From: an uncultured virus (IMG/VR IMGVR_UViG_3300044633_000491)
Taxonomy: Duplodnaviria; Heunggongvirae; Uroviricota; Caudoviricetes
Strand: one strand, 5' to 3'
Virus record (IMG/VR): IMGVR_UViG_3300044633_000491
Location: 1-64,000 of that record
Length of the DNA: 64,000 nucleotides
In this document: positions 36,301-47,740 of the stretch, in pieces
Position numbering within the stretch: position 1 is the stretch's first letter
How the letters are laid out: every line of letters starts with the position of its first letter
Program-made: the position numbers and the translations under genes
The notes under the pieces: model-generated
Database searches by the model: none
The model's input: only the letters and a program-made list of their open reading frames with translations
Told to the model about the DNA's origin: nothing

Positions 36301-39300
36301 ACTACAAAGTAATCCTTATGTGGAAATACCGTTAGCTGAAAATGAATACTCAGCTAATCCTGCAATTGCACGTTTTGTTGCTGGCGCACAGTTTAACGAC
36401 GGCGACGGTATATCGGTATTTAACGAAACTCAATTGTACAAATCCGAAGGAGTGTTTACTGCTAGTATTGCATTAAATCGTACAAGTGCTAGTAACTATG
36501 ACAACGATATTACCACTGCAGGTTACGTGAATATCAATGATGTTGACCTAACAATATTCGATCTAGCCAACTACCAAAACATAGCGGGCGAAAATAGTCT
36601 AGATCGAATTGGTAGTGGGTTTACCATCTGGTGCGCCAAAGATTTCCAACAACGCTGGAACGTTTATCGTGTTACAGAAACAAGAAATACAGTACTAAGT
36701 GTAACTAATAGTTTAGATGGATTTATTACATTTACAACAAAATTGCCACACAAATTAATTTTAGACGAAATATTTGTTATTAAGAGTTTTGATCCGGCAT
36801 TTGATGGTTTTTATCAAGTGCGCACTGTTGTAAGTCTAACAGAGATTATGGTTCAATATACCGGAGATACTGCAGATCTAACTACGTTAGAAGGTGATGG
36901 ACTACTGTTTGTTTTAGACAGTCTACGTTTCCAATACATGGAAGATGCACGTAAATATCTTCCGCCGCACGGTTGGCAAGTGGGAGAAAAGATTTGGATT
37001 GATGAAGATGCAGCTACTAACTTAATACAAGGGCAACCTATTGCAACTCCAAATAACACATGGAAAGTTTATGAAAAAACGAGACCATGGAACGTAACTC
37101 AAGATTTAGATCGCATATCTACATTTGACAATGCCAACGGATTTGGTACTAGTATCAAAATGACGCAGGATAATCGAGTGATTGTCAGTGGAGCACCTTA
37201 TCAAAATCTCGGAGTAGGTATAGTAAATACATTCTTGAAAGATAGTCAAGACAATTTCAATGAGGGGTTTGTTGTTGCTCCGGATACTGGCAACGCCACT
37301 GTTACCACAGCTAGCTTTGGATCAGTTGTAGATTTAGCACAGCTGAGAGGAATTACGTATCTAGCAGTAGGTGCCCCTCTAAGCAGCATCAATTCTAATA
37401 CTAACATTGGGTTAGTGTATATCTATAAGAAAGACTCCAATGTAGCTGGATTTAGCAAAGCACAAGTGTTAGTAGGTATAGCAGGCCAAGATCAATTCGG
37501 TACAAGTTTAGCATTTAATCAAGATGGTAGTTGGTTATATGTAGGCGGAGTTGGAAATAATGGTAAGGTTAGCTTATATGGTTTAAAACGTTTTGTTGAA
37601 AAAAATACCGGAATAGTAGTAGCTAGCTTAGGTAGTTCGACTGTAACAGTTCCGTTTGTTAGAGACCCTAATGTAAATTCAACTGATGCTAACAGTTTAT
37701 TGATAACGTCATTTGGCAGAACATATATTCCGGTTATTGATTATACCGTTAATGGGCAAACAATAACGTTTAAAAATGCCTTTGCGGCAAATACAGAAAT
37801 TACAGTAAGTCAAGGTCCGTACTATGCAATGTTAAATAACGGAGTGCCGTTGACACATCCATTAGGTACAACTGGTACACAATATGGGTACGCACTGTCT
37901 AGCAGTTTTGACGGAGCACAACTTGCTGTAGGAGCTCCTAATGACACTGTGCAAGGCAAACTAGGCGCTGGTAGTGTTTGGGCATACGATCGATTAATTG
38001 AAGCGTTTAAGGCAGATGGTGGTATAGATTATGTAACTCAAAGCAATATAGCTGAAGTATACCGTGTTACAATCGAAGATGTTGAAGTAAATGATTACAA
38101 AATTATCGGAAGTAATACAGTAAGATTCCTTACTCCTCCACCGATTGGCAAAGTTATTTTTGTTGAAACTAATCAATTTGTTTTATTAGAACGTATTACA
38201 GGCAAAGATGAGTTCATTCAAGCCAATGCTGCATTAGGTACTAGTTTAACAATTTGTTCAAACAATTGTGCGATTTATGTTGGTGCTCCATACTATGATA
38301 ATGGAACAGCATACAACACTGGTGCAGTGTATAAATTCCACAATAGAGGTCGTTTATACGGAACCAATACTGGTACTACAGTAAACCCAACATTTACGCC
38401 AGGCGATAGTATTCGTTTAGATAACTTTGAAGTAACGGCAACAGGAACTACATTAGATGATCTAGTTAATGATATTAATAATGCAGGTATTTTGGGTGTT
38501 AGTGCATTGAACGATCAAGGCAGACTAAGATTAAATTCTGATAAAACTGTAGCTAAAAACTTATTGCGTATGCTAGCAGGAACTGGTACAATATATGTTG
38601 ATGCTGGTTTAGAAATTTTTGCACAAATGCAACTTATTACTAATCCATTTGATACTCCCGGTGAATACTTTGGTACTAAAGTTAAATTAGCAGCCAATGC
38701 CACCATGTTGGTAATTGGCAGTGGTCGCGGGACAACCAAAACATTCACTACATTAGATAATGAAACAACAAATTTTGACTTTAACGCAACAGTATTCCGT
38801 GACGATATAGTAGGTAGTGGAAGTGTATACATTTACGAACTATACGATGATCCTCGAGATGCAGTTGAATATCCGGGTCGATATCAATACTGTCAACAGC
38901 TTAGTGTTATAAATCCACTACATCCTGATGACCCTGATTATAATCCGCAAGAAGGATTAAATCCGGGCGACCAGTTTGGCTATGCGTTAGATATTGAAGG
39001 CACGTACATTATTATTAGTTCGCTAAAAGATAGTACTGCAGGCGCTAATGCAGGTGATGTCTATGTGTTTAATAATCCTACAATGACTCGAGGATGGAAT
39101 TTAATACATTACCAAGAAGAAACTGTAGATCCTGACAGTGTAAGTAGAATGTACTTGTACGATAGTACTGCTAGCACAATTTTAAGTAACCTACAATTTA
39201 TCGATCCTGCCAAAGGACGTATCTTAGGGCAAGCAGAACAAGAAATTACATATAAAACAGAATATGATCCTGCTCTGTATAATGCGGGAACAAATAACAC

Positions 39301-42300
39301 AACCGACATTAATTCTCAACTCTATTGGGGAGCGAATCACGTTGGGCAAGTATGGTGGGATTTAAGTACTGTGCGTTTCATTGATTACGAACAGGGCACG
39401 TTAACATATCGTAGTATTAACTGGGGAGGAGTTTTTCCTGGCTCATCAATTGACGTTTACGAATGGGTAGAAAGTGATGTTATTCCTAGTCAATATGTTG
39501 AAAATGACGGAAACGGGATTCCTAAATTCGAAAATGACGGTGCGTATGTAGAAGAAATATTTGTAGATCCTACAAGTAATATCATTTCTACTAGATATTA
39601 TTTCTGGGTCAGAGACAAAACTATAGTAGATCCAAATAATCCTACACGTCGATTACCGATTCAATCAGTGGCTAGTATTATCGAAAATCCTAAAGCTCAA
39701 GGTATAGCCTACGGTGCGATCGTACGCAATGATGCAGTAATATTATATAATGTAACTCCGTTCTTAACAGCAGACGATACAGTATTGCATATCGATTATC
39801 AGAAAACTATTAACTCTAATATTATTCACAGTGAATATGAACTTATACAAAAAGGTAATGCAAGTGCAATACTGCCTGCTAAAATAATCAATAAATTAGT
39901 AGATAGTTTAAGTGGTGTTGATGTTGAGGGTAACAGCGTACCAGATCCAACGCTGAGTCCTGCAGAACAATACGGTATAGGTGTACGCCCAAGACAAAGT
40001 ATGTTTGTTAATCGTTTAGTTGCAGTAGCACAGTTAGTATCTTTTGTAAATGCAGTTTTTCAAGAAACTCCAATTACAGGCAATGCCGATCTTAGTGCTT
40101 TAAGTGCTGAGGATCCGCTACCTACTGACAAATTAGGCGAATACAATTTAAGAGTAGCAACTGATATTGAGTTAGCATACATCGATAGAGAACCATTGTC
40201 TGTGGGAACTATTGCGCTGGTCGAAAACGACACAACGCAGAGCGGATTGTGGGTATTATATAGATTAGACGAAAACAGACAATGGGTAATTGATCGTGTT
40301 CAAAGTTACAAAAATAGTCTATACTGGGATTACGTTGACTGGTACGCTGTTGGATATGATTCCTCAACGAAACCTACTTTTAGTGTGGACTCGGTTGTTG
40401 ATGCATTAAAACAACCAGTTGCTGCAAATGATCTAATCAAAGTTAACAATGTAGGAAACGGTCAGTGGCGCTTATTTTTAGTAGCGTTTAACGGAGCATT
40501 GATTACAGTTGGTATTCAAAATGGCACTATTCAACTTAATAGTGTGTTAGGTAACTACGAAGACAATGGAATTGGTTATGGTAATCAAGGATTTGATCTA
40601 AGTAGGCATGACCAAAGTCCTAATACTGAAATCCGTGGTATTATTATTGCTATTATTGAAACAATTTTTGTTGGAGATCTAGCTGGTAAAGTGAATGAAT
40701 TGTTCTTTACCCTAATTAATTATCTGTTAACTGAACAACCTTATGTAGACTGGTTATTTAAGAGCAGTTTTATTAGTGTGAAACATCAATTGAGAACATT
40801 GAGTCAATTCCCTAGCTATGTTCGAGATAATCAAACATACTACCAAGATTATATCAACGAAGTTAAACCTTATAGAACTAAAATTCGAGAATATTTAATT
40901 AACTATACTGGATCCGACGAATTTGAGGGTAGTATTACTGACTTTGATTTACCTGCATATTATGACAGATCTTTAGGGCTGTTCCGTAGCCCAAGCGGTG
41001 AACAAGTGGTAGCTGACTTAGCAAGATGGCAGACACAACCGTATAATGAGTGGTATAATAATCGTGCATTAGAAATTAGTAGTATTGTAGTAAGCACCGC
41101 AGGTGCAGGATACACTACTCCACCAGTAGTTACTATTACTGGAGGTGGTGGCGTAGGTGCCACAGCCGAAGCTGTTATTGATGGCAACAACGGATCAGTG
41201 ATCGGTATTACTGTAACAAACAGCGGTGGTGGATATTCAACCACCCCTACTATCAATCTTAACGGTAGTGCAACTACTACTGCTGAAGCTGTTCCGGTTA
41301 TGGCTAATAGACTCATAAGAAGTTTTGACACTCGTATTAAATTTGATAGAATAACTTATCATACTACAATAAAAGAGTGGGCAGCTAACACCGCATATCG
41401 TGCAGGAGACATAGTCGCGCACTCGCAATTAGATGGCAATAAGTCTATTAGAAAAGCATATACTGTAAATGTAGACATTATCACAGGTACAACTTTTGTA
41501 GCAACAGACTACACAGTATACGGTGCCGGCGAATTTAGTACAGCCAATGATCGCATATTAGGTTATTACGAGCCAAGAGATACAATGCCGGCTATAGAAA
41601 CAATTACACGATCTATAGATGTAGTGCAAGATGTTACTAACGCAAATATTATGTTTGTGACAGCTTTACCAGGTCTACGTAGAGATATGACTATCAGCGG
41701 AAGTGGTGCTAATGCAGCAACTATCACTGAAGTGGTATCAGGTGTGTTATTATTAAGCGGAAACATAACAGCTAATATTGGTAATTACCTAACACAAACA
41801 AGATTTTCAAATACATATATCAATACTGGAAATGTTAGCACTTCAAAATGGGCTAATGTTGTTGCTACAGCTAATGTACAAATTACTGCAGAATTCCCTA
41901 CAACATATGGCAACATAACTAATGCATATCGTGTAAGTTCTTATATTACTGAGCACGAATTTGATTTTGCTAATGTTGTTACTATAGTTGATACAACAAC
42001 ATTACCAGAGTCAACAGTAACTATTACATCAGTTTACCCTGTGGCCAACGACGTAATCGCGGTACAACTTGATAGAGAACAAACTCAAGATTCGGGCAAC
42101 ATAATAACTGCAACTTACAAAAATCTAAGTCAATTAGTATCTGATTTAGAGTATCCTGGAGTTCAATTACAAGGAAGTCAATTTGTACAAGGACCAGGAT
42201 ACGATGCACCGTTTGGCAGCGTATTTGACAATATAGATTATAACAGTGACGGAACTCCGTTGCTAAGTGAAGCATCATTAGATTCTGTAATCCGTAGTAC

Positions 42301-43033
42301 ATATTCGGACTTGTTATTAGGCACCCGTGCGGAAGATATTAATATAGAAGGTGGAGAATATGTTGATACGTACTCAAGCCATGCGCCAGAAGAACTAGTA
42401 CCGGGGCGAGTATATGACGCATTGGATATGCAGATATATACAAAAATTAATGGTAATACAGAAGTTTTGGGATATCGCGTATTTACAAACATGCTAGACT
42501 ATGTAACGTATACACGAATAGCAGATGCGCATTCAACAACACTAACGCAGGTATTACTACCAACAGATACAGAAATTCATGTAGATGATGCTACCGTTTT
42601 AATGGAGCCAAATCCAGCAGCAAACTTACCCGGTATAGTGTTTATTGGTTGCGAAAGAATTGTCTACTATAGAATTAACAGAACTACTAACGTAATTGGC
42701 CTTATTCGTCGAGGCACACACGGTACGGCAATTATGCCAATACATGGCATAGGTGCACGTGTAATTGACAGTGGACAAACACAGCATATACCTACAATAA
42801 CAGTTGGCACAAATAACGCTAATGTTAGTGTTTGGTTTAACAGTGGAGCAAACGTTGCCACCGACGGTACTGGCTTCGAAGGTTCGACAACTGAGGCTGT
42901 TAATTTCTTAAAAGCCGCTACCGCAGGAAATGTACAAATAGCAACCGTTTCTGAGATGATTATCACCGAGGATGCGGTAAATACATTAACGACTGAAGAC
43001 GGCCAGATACTCATTGAGGAAGACCAAGCATGA
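30326..43033 (+). CDS. Giant (4235-aa) baseplate/tail structural protein with FG-GAP-like propeller repeats
   Basis: Single ORF after gp6; repeated FGxS...VGAP blades (~37100-39100); [13 protein letters not shown] motif; GTTAAATA upstream (30289-30296). Confidence 0.75.
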   Translation: MAVKKTLDFLPTIFRSDTNNKFLSATMDQLVEEPNLTRLHGYIGRKFAPTYKVNDSYISESSGDRQNYQLEPGVVVKNKQDEITFFSSYPDLLNKIRYYGGNIDDHSRLFDSQYYSFDPQISYDKLVNFSQYYWLPDGPDAVEVNTTGINLIETYIVTRDAATNSYIFRSEGKIDYSITLARGGTYRFIVDQPGFPFWIQTELGADGRVTATPTLSARDVLGVENNGIDSGIVTFRVPLDTAQDRFIIMQTVYNVDYAVPLEYTSLQNKFLSQFLANYPQYSGITGTLDGKYLVFILPEGTVNRSQAAFTNDAVVDPVTNAIIPGYDVGYVVPSSIHYGVWQVKFVDVPGVAEKLIRLVHIQNVAINEKVYIRYGVLNANKEYFKDYDGFFYEVPLLSSILDTLYVQDAASAGMYEAVKIINYVGWNIDVENDIIGKVNYTSPNGVQFTSGLKIEFGSDVIPASYQNKQYYAENIGDSIRLVWVDLLVTPEPYRAELALNYPLGIGENSSNAEYITINRASRDLNAWSRNNRWFHRDVIVATATYNNTVPLIDQRNRAKRPIIQFELDLQLVNQGRIGKQAVDILDLFTLDPFTELQGTVALTAFGTTLTNGLRVLFAGAVDPLVKNKIYTIELVQYGYDTELRQPSGEFYVNLVIAEDGASEAYDTVVITQGRFKGTQWYFDGIDWKESQQKTNLQQAPLFDVADINGKSFTEFERTTFAGTKLFGYAESSAAVLDPVLQLPLSYRNLATQGELEFNTFFNTDTFSYLLDGVSVTNAVSTGFVQRVISRDVLSPKNTWRTVVEDTKQYQLIGYNADGINSAFTLDVRTAPSQSVPYLKVFKNYVYQTTDRWILIDNTVRLVQSLNFTGDGVTASFTVDNTLNGIIVSIDGVLQTPSLFGIAGNVVTFEVPPSKNSIILIRTIQLPTINDKIDILIYSKQPSEFGVYQIPLNLELNARNTNIESVTLGQMRNHLVAMSQNSTTLIGDPLGISNLRDVEIKQQGGTILQNSAPVPHASLFLLDEKANFINALRLAQREYSKFKNKFLGLATTLSGINPTDPVASVDLILTSINSIKNTTFPWYYSDMVPYGTLKNTITYTVFNTLDSDYEITNVFNDQNLSNQAVLVYLNDVQLTKNIDYIFLQDRPAVRFIGATLEGLEVDDIIQLVEYTNTDGNYIPETPTKLGLWPKYVPQIFLDDTYRQPINVLQGHDGSITPTFGDYRDNFLLELEKRIYNNIKVLDTAYENVVDVVPGKFRETDYNLTEMTQILSQGFLNWVGNNKIDFSSNDSFRPNDAFTWNYNAFPDRVDGEILPGSWRACYQYFYDTFRPHLTPWEMLGFSEKPDWWEEFYGPAPYTGSNKLLWDDLEAGRIREGKRSLIDLGLGLGIDPRYARPGLSALIPVDENGQLLSPVAAITGAYKSNRAGGSWTVGQYGPVEYAWRTSSDYPFAMQRAAALAKPGRYFGLLADAFNYYYDETLDQYLTRGTNRHITQFDINYNGNSINGRVYRSAGWINWVADYLVNQGINPASEILTKIQNYEIKLSYKTAGFTDQKYLQILAEQVSPSSFGDSIAIPNENYQVHLYKSTPVNTLRYSAVIVEKTSNGYTVRGYDLNNPFFVIIPSQANNNATRINVLNSSASIYNNFQNLRLTVPYGYEFTTQQQIVDFLIGYERNLKGRGFTFEELDNQLGQVKSFRLSAEEFLFWAQQGWKAGSILVLSPVINTVRATTISGITDGITDSQYGSKVLDVNFQMVKNNNYDVMRSATEFKLTLTGDGAVVGYLEVDVVQYEHVLIFDNNTVFNDVIYEPESGSRQYRLRLIGQKTGAWDGSLYAPGFIYNSGVVDLWNQGKDYLKGDLVEFKNQYYVALENIIAAPEFQFGLWQIIASSEIKKGLLPNFSTLASAAEDYYDSYGSIKDKNQIQQSHSLIGFKPRQYLSDLGLSETSQIEFYKGFINQKGSANAVNQLLNAVFNNLNSNIEFYEEWAVRVGEYGALQSNPYVEIPLAENEYSANPAIARFVAGAQFNDGDGISVFNETQLYKSEGVFTASIALNRTSASNYDNDITTAGYVNINDVDLTIFDLANYQNIAGENSLDRIGSGFTIWCAKDFQQRWNVYRVTETRNTVLSVTNSLDGFITFTTKLPHKLILDEIFVIKSFDPAFDGFYQVRTVVSLTEIMVQYTGDTADLTTLEGDGLLFVLDSLRFQYMEDARKYLPPHGWQVGEKIWIDEDAATNLIQGQPIATPNNTWKVYEKTRPWNVTQDLDRISTFDNANGFGTSIKMTQDNRVIVSGAPYQNLGVGIVNTFLKDSQDNFNEGFVVAPDTGNATVTTASFGSVVDLAQLRGITYLAVGAPLSSINSNTNIGLVYIYKKDSNVAGFSKAQVLVGIAGQDQFGTSLAFNQDGSWLYVGGVGNNGKVSLYGLKRFVEKNTGIVVASLGSSTVTVPFVRDPNVNSTDANSLLITSFGRTYIPVIDYTVNGQTITFKNAFAANTEITVSQGPYYAMLNNGVPLTHPLGTTGTQYGYALSSSFDGAQLAVGAPNDTVQGKLGAGSVWAYDRLIEAFKADGGIDYVTQSNIAEVYRVTIEDVEVNDYKIIGSNTVRFLTPPPIGKVIFVETNQFVLLERITGKDEFIQANAALGTSLTICSNNCAIYVGAPYYDNGTAYNTGAVYKFHNRGRLYGTNTGTTVNPTFTPGDSIRLDNFEVTATGTTLDDLVNDINNAGILGVSALNDQGRLRLNSDKTVAKNLLRMLAGTGTIYVDAGLEIFAQMQLITNPFDTPGEYFGTKVKLAANATMLVIGSGRGTTKTFTTLDNETTNFDFNATVFRDDIVGSGSVYIYELYDDPRDAVEYPGRYQYCQQLSVINPLHPDDPDYNPQEGLNPGDQFGYALDIEGTYIIISSLKDSTAGANAGDVYVFNNPTMTRGWNLIHYQEETVDPDSVSRMYLYDSTASTILSNLQFIDPAKGRILGQAEQEITYKTEYDPALYNAGTNNTTDINSQLYWGANHVGQVWWDLSTVRFIDYEQGTLTYRSINWGGVFPGSSIDVYEWVESDVIPSQYVENDGNGIPKFENDGAYVEEIFVDPTSNIISTRYYFWVRDKTIVDPNNPTRRLPIQSVASIIENPKAQGIAYGAIVRNDAVILYNVTPFLTADDTVLHIDYQKTINSNIIHSEYELIQKGNASAILPAKIINKLVDSLSGVDVEGNSVPDPTLSPAEQYGIGVRPRQSMFVNRLVAVAQLVSFVNAVFQETPITGNADLSALSAEDPLPTDKLGEYNLRVATDIELAYIDREPLSVGTIALVENDTTQSGLWVLYRLDENRQWVIDRVQSYKNSLYWDYVDWYAVGYDSSTKPTFSVDSVVDALKQPVAANDLIKVNNVGNGQWRLFLVAFNGALITVGIQNGTIQLNSVLGNYEDNGIGYGNQGFDLSRHDQSPNTEIRGIIIAIIETIFVGDLAGKVNELFFTLINYLLTEQPYVDWLFKSSFISVKHQLRTLSQFPSYVRDNQTYYQDYINEVKPYRTKIREYLINYTGSDEFEGSITDFDLPAYYDRSLGLFRSPSGEQVVADLARWQTQPYNEWYNNRALEISSIVVSTAGAGYTTPPVVTITGGGGVGATAEAVIDGNNGSVIGITVTNSGGGYSTTPTINLNGSATTTAEAVPVMANRLIRSFDTRIKFDRITYHTTIKEWAANTAYRAGDIVAHSQLDGNKSIRKAYTVNVDIITGTTFVATDYTVYGAGEFSTANDRILGYYEPRDTMPAIETITRSIDVVQDVTNANIMFVTALPGLRRDMTISGSGANAATITEVVSGVLLLSGNITANIGNYLTQTRFSNTYINTGNVSTSKWANVVATANVQITAEFPTTYGNITNAYRVSSYITEHEFDFANVVTIVDTTTLPESTVTITSVYPVANDVIAVQLDREQTQDSGNIITATYKNLSQLVSDLEYPGVQLQGSQFVQGPGYDAPFGSVFDNIDYNSDGTPLLSEASLDSVIRSTYSDLLLGTRAEDINIEGGEYVDTYSSHAPEELVPGRVYDALDMQIYTKINGNTEVLGYRVFTNMLDYVTYTRIADAHSTTLTQVLLPTDTEIHVDDATVLMEPNPAANLPGIVFIGCERIVYYRINRTTNVIGLIRRGTHGTAIMPIHGIGARVIDSGQTQHIPTITVGTNNANVSVWFNSGANVATDGTGFEGSTTEAVNFLKAATAGNVQIATVSEMIITEDAVNTLTTEDGQILIEEDQA

Positions 43034-44151
43034 CAATAAAAATTAGCGAATTAAGCAGTTTAACCACGGTACAGGGCAATGTACAAATACCGTTGGTTGC
43101 CAACGTCGCAGGAACACTAACTACAGTTAGGGGAAATGTTGCCCAACTAACTGACTACATATTAGGTACCTCTGGTATTGACTATGCTAATATTATAGCT
43201 AATGCAGCAACGCAGGCAGGGCAAATTTCTAATCTGACTAGTAATGCTGCAGTACAGTCGGGGCTGATAGCAGAACTACAAAGTAATGTAACAATATTAC
43301 AGGGTGATATTATTACACTAACAGCCAATGCGGCTACACAGTCAGGTGAACTAGCAACACTAACAGCCAATGCGGCTACACAGTCAGGTGAACTAGCAAC
43401 ACTAACAGCCAATGCGGCTACACAGTCAGGTGAGCTAGCAACACTAACAGCCAATGCGGCTACACAATCAGGTGAGCTAGCAACACTAACAGCCAATGCG
43501 GCAGTGCAATCAGGTGAGCTAGCAACACTAACAGCCAATGCGGCTACACAGTCAGGTGAGCTAGCAACACTAACAGCCAATGCGGCTACACAGTCAGGTG
43601 AGCTAGCAACACTAACAGCCAATGCGGCAGTTCAATCTGGATTACTAACAGACTTATTAGCTAATGCGTCAGAGCAAACTACGGAAATAACTTCAGTAAC
43701 CGCAAATGTTGCAATATTGCAAAGTAACGTAGCTACTTTATTTGTTAATGCTTCTACATTGGCCAACGTAGCCTCTAGTGGTGACTATAATGATCTGATT
43801 AATTCTCCTACGTTAAGCAATGTGGCAATCAGTGGTGACTATAATGATCTGATTAATTCTCCTACGTTAAGCAACGTAGCCTCTAGTGGTAACTATAATG
43901 ATCTGATTAATTCTCCTATATTAAGCAACGTAGCCTCTAGTGGTAACTATGATGATTTATTTAATTCTCCTATATTAAGCAATGTAGCAATCAGTGGTGA
44001 CTATAATGATCTGATTAATTTACCAAATCTAGAGGCTATTACTAATTTTGTTCCAGGCAACGTCGAACATTGGACTGACTTCATCACTACGATTTTTGAC
44101 GCAGTTAATAATCTAGCGCAACGTGTATCGGATTTAGAAAATCCAACATAA
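43030..44151 (+). CDS. Fibre-like coiled-coil protein with tandem repeats
   Basis: N-terminal KISEL motif; 14-aa and 18-aa repeat arrays. Confidence 0.7.
   Translation: MTIKISELSSLTTVQGNVQIPLVANVAGTLTTVRGNVAQLTDYILGTSGIDYANIIANAATQAGQISNLTSNAAVQSGLIAELQSNVTILQGDIITLTANAATQSGELATLTANAATQSGELATLTANAATQSGELATLTANAATQSGELATLTANAAVQSGELATLTANAATQSGELATLTANAATQSGELATLTANAAVQSGLLTDLLANASEQTTEITSVTANVAILQSNVATLFVNASTLANVASSGDYNDLINSPTLSNVAISGDYNDLINSPTLSNVASSGNYNDLINSPILSNVASSGNYDDLFNSPILSNVAISGDYNDLINLPNLEAITNFVPGNVEHWTDFITTIFDAVNNLAQRVSDLENPT
43315..43641 (+). repeat. 42-bp tandem repeat (TLTANAA[T/V]QSGELA), 7 full copies plus 1 partial
   Basis: ACACTAACAGCCAATGCGGCTACACAGTCAGGTGARCTAGCA repeated in frame. 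Confidence 0.95.
43759..44028 (+). repeat. 54-bp tandem repeat ([21 protein letters not shown]), 5 copies
   Basis: Five in-frame 18-aa units. Confidence 0.9.
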
Positions 44152-44166
44152 AATAGAGGCAAAAAC

Positions 44167-44334
44167 TTGACAACAAACACGATAAATAATACTATTGAAG
44201 AAAATAAACAACAATCTGAGATTCAACAACCTCAAACGAAACAGCCAGATGAGCGTAGTGGGATTCATGTACAGGGGCATATAAAAATATTTGACCCACA
44301 AACAAAAGAAGTTTTCGTAAACGGACGAGCATAA
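44167..44334 (+). CDS. Unannotated 55-aa ORF whose C-terminus resembles the N-terminus of the next gene
   Basis: TTG start with GAGG SD; ends ...GIHVQGHIKIFDPQTKEVFVNGRA*; internal GATAAATA at 44181-44188. Confidence 0.65.
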   Translation: MTTNTINNTIEENKQQSEIQQPQTKQPDERSGIHVQGHIKIFDPQTKEVFVNGRA

Positions 44335-44335
44335 T

Positions 44336-44962
44336 ATGAGTTTAACAATGAATTTAGACGTTATTGGAATGGTAAAGATTTTTGATCCTAAAACAAACGA
44401 AGTGTTTGTGGACAAGAAAAATGCCATCCACTACGAAAATATGAGTAAGGCTATTGCTAATTGTTTAGGAAACAAAAATACTGAACCTGGATTCGGCGGA
44501 TTTATTACAGAAATGCATTTTGGCAACGGCGGCACCACAGTTGACCCTACTGGAGTTATCACATACTTGCCTACTAATACTAATGTGCAGAGTGCAGATT
44601 TGTACAGTCCTACATACTATAAAATTGTAGATAATACCAGTGCCGCAAATAGCGACAAAGCAAGAAATAAAATAGAAATTAGTCATATTGCAGGATTGAT
44701 TTACACTGACATTATTGTTAGTTGTTTACTAGACTACGGTGAGCCAGCAGGGCAAGCTGTGTTTGACAATAGCCAAGATTTGAGTGGCGAGTTTATTTTC
44801 GACGAGTTAGGATTAAAAGGGTTTAGTAACGACGGAGAAGGACTTGGTCCTTTACTCACTCACGTTATCTTTAGTCCAGTGCAAAAATCATTGAATAGAT
44901 TGATTCAAATTGATTACACAGTGCGTATACAGACACTGACGAATTTAAGTACAAACGCATAA
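44336..44962 (+). CDS. Baseplate/tail-fibre attachment-type structural protein
   Basis: FGNGG, FDELGL and THVIFSPVQKS...IDYTVRI motifs; lies between the giant protein and the fibres. Confidence 0.6.
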   Translation: MSLTMNLDVIGMVKIFDPKTNEVFVDKKNAIHYENMSKAIANCLGNKNTEPGFGGFITEMHFGNGGTTVDPTGVITYLPTNTNVQSADLYSPTYYKIVDNTSAANSDKARNKIEISHIAGLIYTDIIVSCLLDYGEPAGQAVFDNSQDLSGEFIFDELGLKGFSNDGEGLGPLLTHVIFSPVQKSLNRLIQIDYTVRIQTLTNLSTNA

Positions 44963-44975
44963 TTAGGATAATAAG

Positions 44976-46373
44976 ATGGCATATACTATAACCACAAGAG
45001 ACGGACAACTGCTAGGTACCATAGCAGATGGTACCGTAAATACTGTCAATACTGATTTAATTTTAGTAGGTCGTAACTACAGTAACTATGGGCAAATAAA
45101 GCTCGATAACATGGTAAGGTTACTTGAGAATTTTAGCAACAGTGCAGAACCTGTAAGCCCATTGATAGGACAGTTATGGTGGGATTCTGGCGAAAAAAGA
45201 TTAAAAATCTGGGGTAATTCAACAACAGACACTAGTCCGGGCGCAGGTAATTGGCGTAACGTGGGCAGTGCAACTGTATCAACAGCACCTCCTAACACAA
45301 CTGTAGCAGGCGACATGTGGTTGAATTCATCTACTAGTCAGTTTTATGTATATGATGGTACAACTCCGTTTAATGCCAACGGATGGGTGTTAGTAGGACC
45401 AGGATATAATATTACCAACGGCAAAAGTACTGCACTTTGGGAACAAATTGCTGATACTGCCGCAGTATTGCATAATGTTGTTAGCATTTATCTTGATGGT
45501 GTTAGAACTGCAATAATTAGCAAAGATCCAGAATTCCAGCCACAGGTAGCTATATCAGGATTTGGTAATATACAACTTGGGTATAACATGAACAGCAGTT
45601 ATACTATCTACGGAACTGCTAATAATGCTAGTTTCTTAGGTAATCAGCCTGCTGCTAACTATTTCCGTAATAATATCAACAACACAGGAACCGGTACACT
45701 AAGCATTGTTAACGATAGTGGAATTACTATCGGAACTGGCTCAGACTTAACATTATCAGTTAATAGTATTCATGCCAGAGTTATTAATAATACCAATGGG
45801 GGCAATGTTGAGATTTTTGCAACAGTTGGCGGAGTTTCGACAAGATACATTACAATCAATGGTACTACTGGCACGGTAGAGGTTGCAGCAGATCCTACTA
45901 CTGCATTAGGGGTTGCTACTAAGCAATATGTAGACAATAGATTTATTAATGCAACTTTAACAGGGGTGTCAACTGCAATAACAGCGCCGGTCAATACTGC
46001 TAATACTATGATTGCTACTACTGAATTCGTTATAAATAATTCAGGATTTTTTACAAACAAGATTTACCAAGGCGATAGCTACATGGAAATCTTGGATACA
46101 GGTACAGGGTCTGCTAATTTAGTAGTAGACGGTACTAGTGTAATGACTGCTAGTCAGTCAGGAGTTAATCTTAGAAATGGTGCATTGGCAGTGACTCAAC
46201 CTGATATTTACAATGGTACAGGTAATACTAGAGTAGCCACTACACAATTTGTTAAAAACGCTACCCAGTGGTGGGGAGGCAGTGCCAAATATGTTAGTAC
46301 TGATGCTCCGCAACTAGGAGTAAATGATGCTGGTTCTAATAACGGTGATTTCTGGTTCCAGTATTCTGTATAA
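44976..46373 (+). CDS. Tail fibre-like protein, paralogue 1
   Basis: Shared N-terminus (MAYTI...L.GRNY..YG...LLENF...GQLWWD); VATKQYVD and IATTEFV fibre motifs. Confidence 0.75.
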   Translation: MAYTITTRDGQLLGTIADGTVNTVNTDLILVGRNYSNYGQIKLDNMVRLLENFSNSAEPVSPLIGQLWWDSGEKRLKIWGNSTTDTSPGAGNWRNVGSATVSTAPPNTTVAGDMWLNSSTSQFYVYDGTTPFNANGWVLVGPGYNITNGKSTALWEQIADTAAVLHNVVSIYLDGVRTAIISKDPEFQPQVAISGFGNIQLGYNMNSSYTIYGTANNASFLGNQPAANYFRNNINNTGTGTLSIVNDSGITIGTGSDLTLSVNSIHARVINNTNGGNVEIFATVGGVSTRYITINGTTGTVEVAADPTTALGVATKQYVDNRFINATLTGVSTAITAPVNTANTMIATTEFVINNSGFFTNKIYQGDSYMEILDTGTGSANLVVDGTSVMTASQSGVNLRNGALAVTQPDIYNGTGNTRVATTQFVKNATQWWGGSAKYVSTDAPQLGVNDAGSNNGDFWFQYSV

Positions 46374-46409
46374 AATAGTAAGATAAATATAATATAATAG
46401 GTAACAACA

Positions 46410-47726
46410 ATGGCATATAACATTACTTTAACAAATAGCACTACTATTGGTACCATCTCAGACGGTACAGTTAATAGTTCGGCTACTAGCTTAACCCTAA
46501 TAGGAAAAAACTATGCCGGATATGGTAACTTTTTAAATCAAAATTTTTTAAAGTTACTCGAAAACTTTTCTTTTGGAACACCGCCGATAGCGCCGCAGAC
46601 AGGTCAGCTATGGTATGATTCAGCAAATAAAATTCTTAAAATTTCTGCAGATGGTAGCAGCAATCAATGGAAACCTGTTGCTAGTTTGACAAGATCAACA
46701 ACCACTCCTACTGTGCCGGCACCGATCGAAGGTGACATGTGGTGGGACCAAACCGCGTTACAGCTTAAAGTATACGGTGGTGGAATTAGTGATTGGATTA
46801 CAATAGGTCCTGCATTTAGTACTGTGGGCGGCACTAGCGGATCTGTTGTAGAGACAGTTTTAGATAATTTAGGCAACAGCCAGATTATTATTAAATTATA
46901 TATTTCAGGTAGTGTAGTAGGCATTATTAGTGGAAATATAGCTGGATTTACCCCACAGACAACTATTACAGGTTTTTCTAATATTAATTATGGTTTTAAT
47001 GTGCATTCAAGTGCAACTTTTGCAGGCGGTGACGCAGCTAATGCAACAACAATAAACGGACTGGCATCAAATCAATTTTTACGCAGTGATGTAAATGACA
47101 ACAACAGCGGATATAATCTGACTGTTGGTAGTTTAACAGTGGGCGGATTTTTTACTCAAACAGAAAATGCAGCTAATGTTGAATTGAGAAATACAAAAAA
47201 TAACAGCGACTTAAGTTTTTACGTAAACAGCGCAAATACTGTTTCGAAAGTTTTTAGCATCACAGGAACTACTAAAGCCGCAACATTATCTAACGCATTA
47301 TTAGTTCAAGGTGCATTAACTGCCAGCACTACCTTAGCAGTAACCGGAGCCGCAACACTATCGTCTACACTACAGGTTACTGGAAATATAACTCCTCAAA
47401 GCAATGGCACAGGCAGTGTAGGTACTAATACCAACAGATTTGCCAATGTATTTGCTAACATAGTAACAGCGACTGATGCAATAACTACCACAGTAACAGC
47501 AAATACAGTAACATCAAACCTAGTAACAGCAAACACAATAACAGTGGCCAATACAGTAGCAGCTGCTAACTTAACAGCATCTTCAACGTTTAAAACAGCA
47601 GTCTACGCTACAACAACAGCAAGAGACTCGGCTATTCCAAGTCCACAGGCTGGGATGATTGTTTTTGTAACCACAGGCACAACATTCTGGGGATATAATG
47701 GCAGCGCATGGGTAGCATTAAATTAA
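46410..47726 (+). CDS. Tail fibre-like protein, paralogue 2
   Basis: Same N-terminal domain, FLRSD motif, C-terminal RDSAIPSPQAGM...WVALN; GATAAATA upstream (46382-46389). Confidence 0.75.
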   Translation: MAYNITLTNSTTIGTISDGTVNSSATSLTLIGKNYAGYGNFLNQNFLKLLENFSFGTPPIAPQTGQLWYDSANKILKISADGSSNQWKPVASLTRSTTTPTVPAPIEGDMWWDQTALQLKVYGGGISDWITIGPAFSTVGGTSGSVVETVLDNLGNSQIIIKLYISGSVVGIISGNIAGFTPQTTITGFSNINYGFNVHSSATFAGGDAANATTINGLASNQFLRSDVNDNNSGYNLTVGSLTVGGFFTQTENAANVELRNTKNNSDLSFYVNSANTVSKVFSITGTTKAATLSNALLVQGALTASTTLAVTGAATLSSTLQVTGNITPQSNGTGSVGTNTNRFANVFANIVTATDAITTTVTANTVTSNLVTANTITVANTVAAANLTASSTFKTAVYATTTARDSAIPSPQAGMIVFVTTGTTFWGYNGSAWVALN

Positions 47727-47740
47727 GATAACGGAACAAT

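Noticed and set aside
43315..44028. Possible CRISPR array
   Set aside because: Units are contiguous with no unique spacers, have lengths divisible by 3, and encode in-frame peptide repeats; no cas genes are present.
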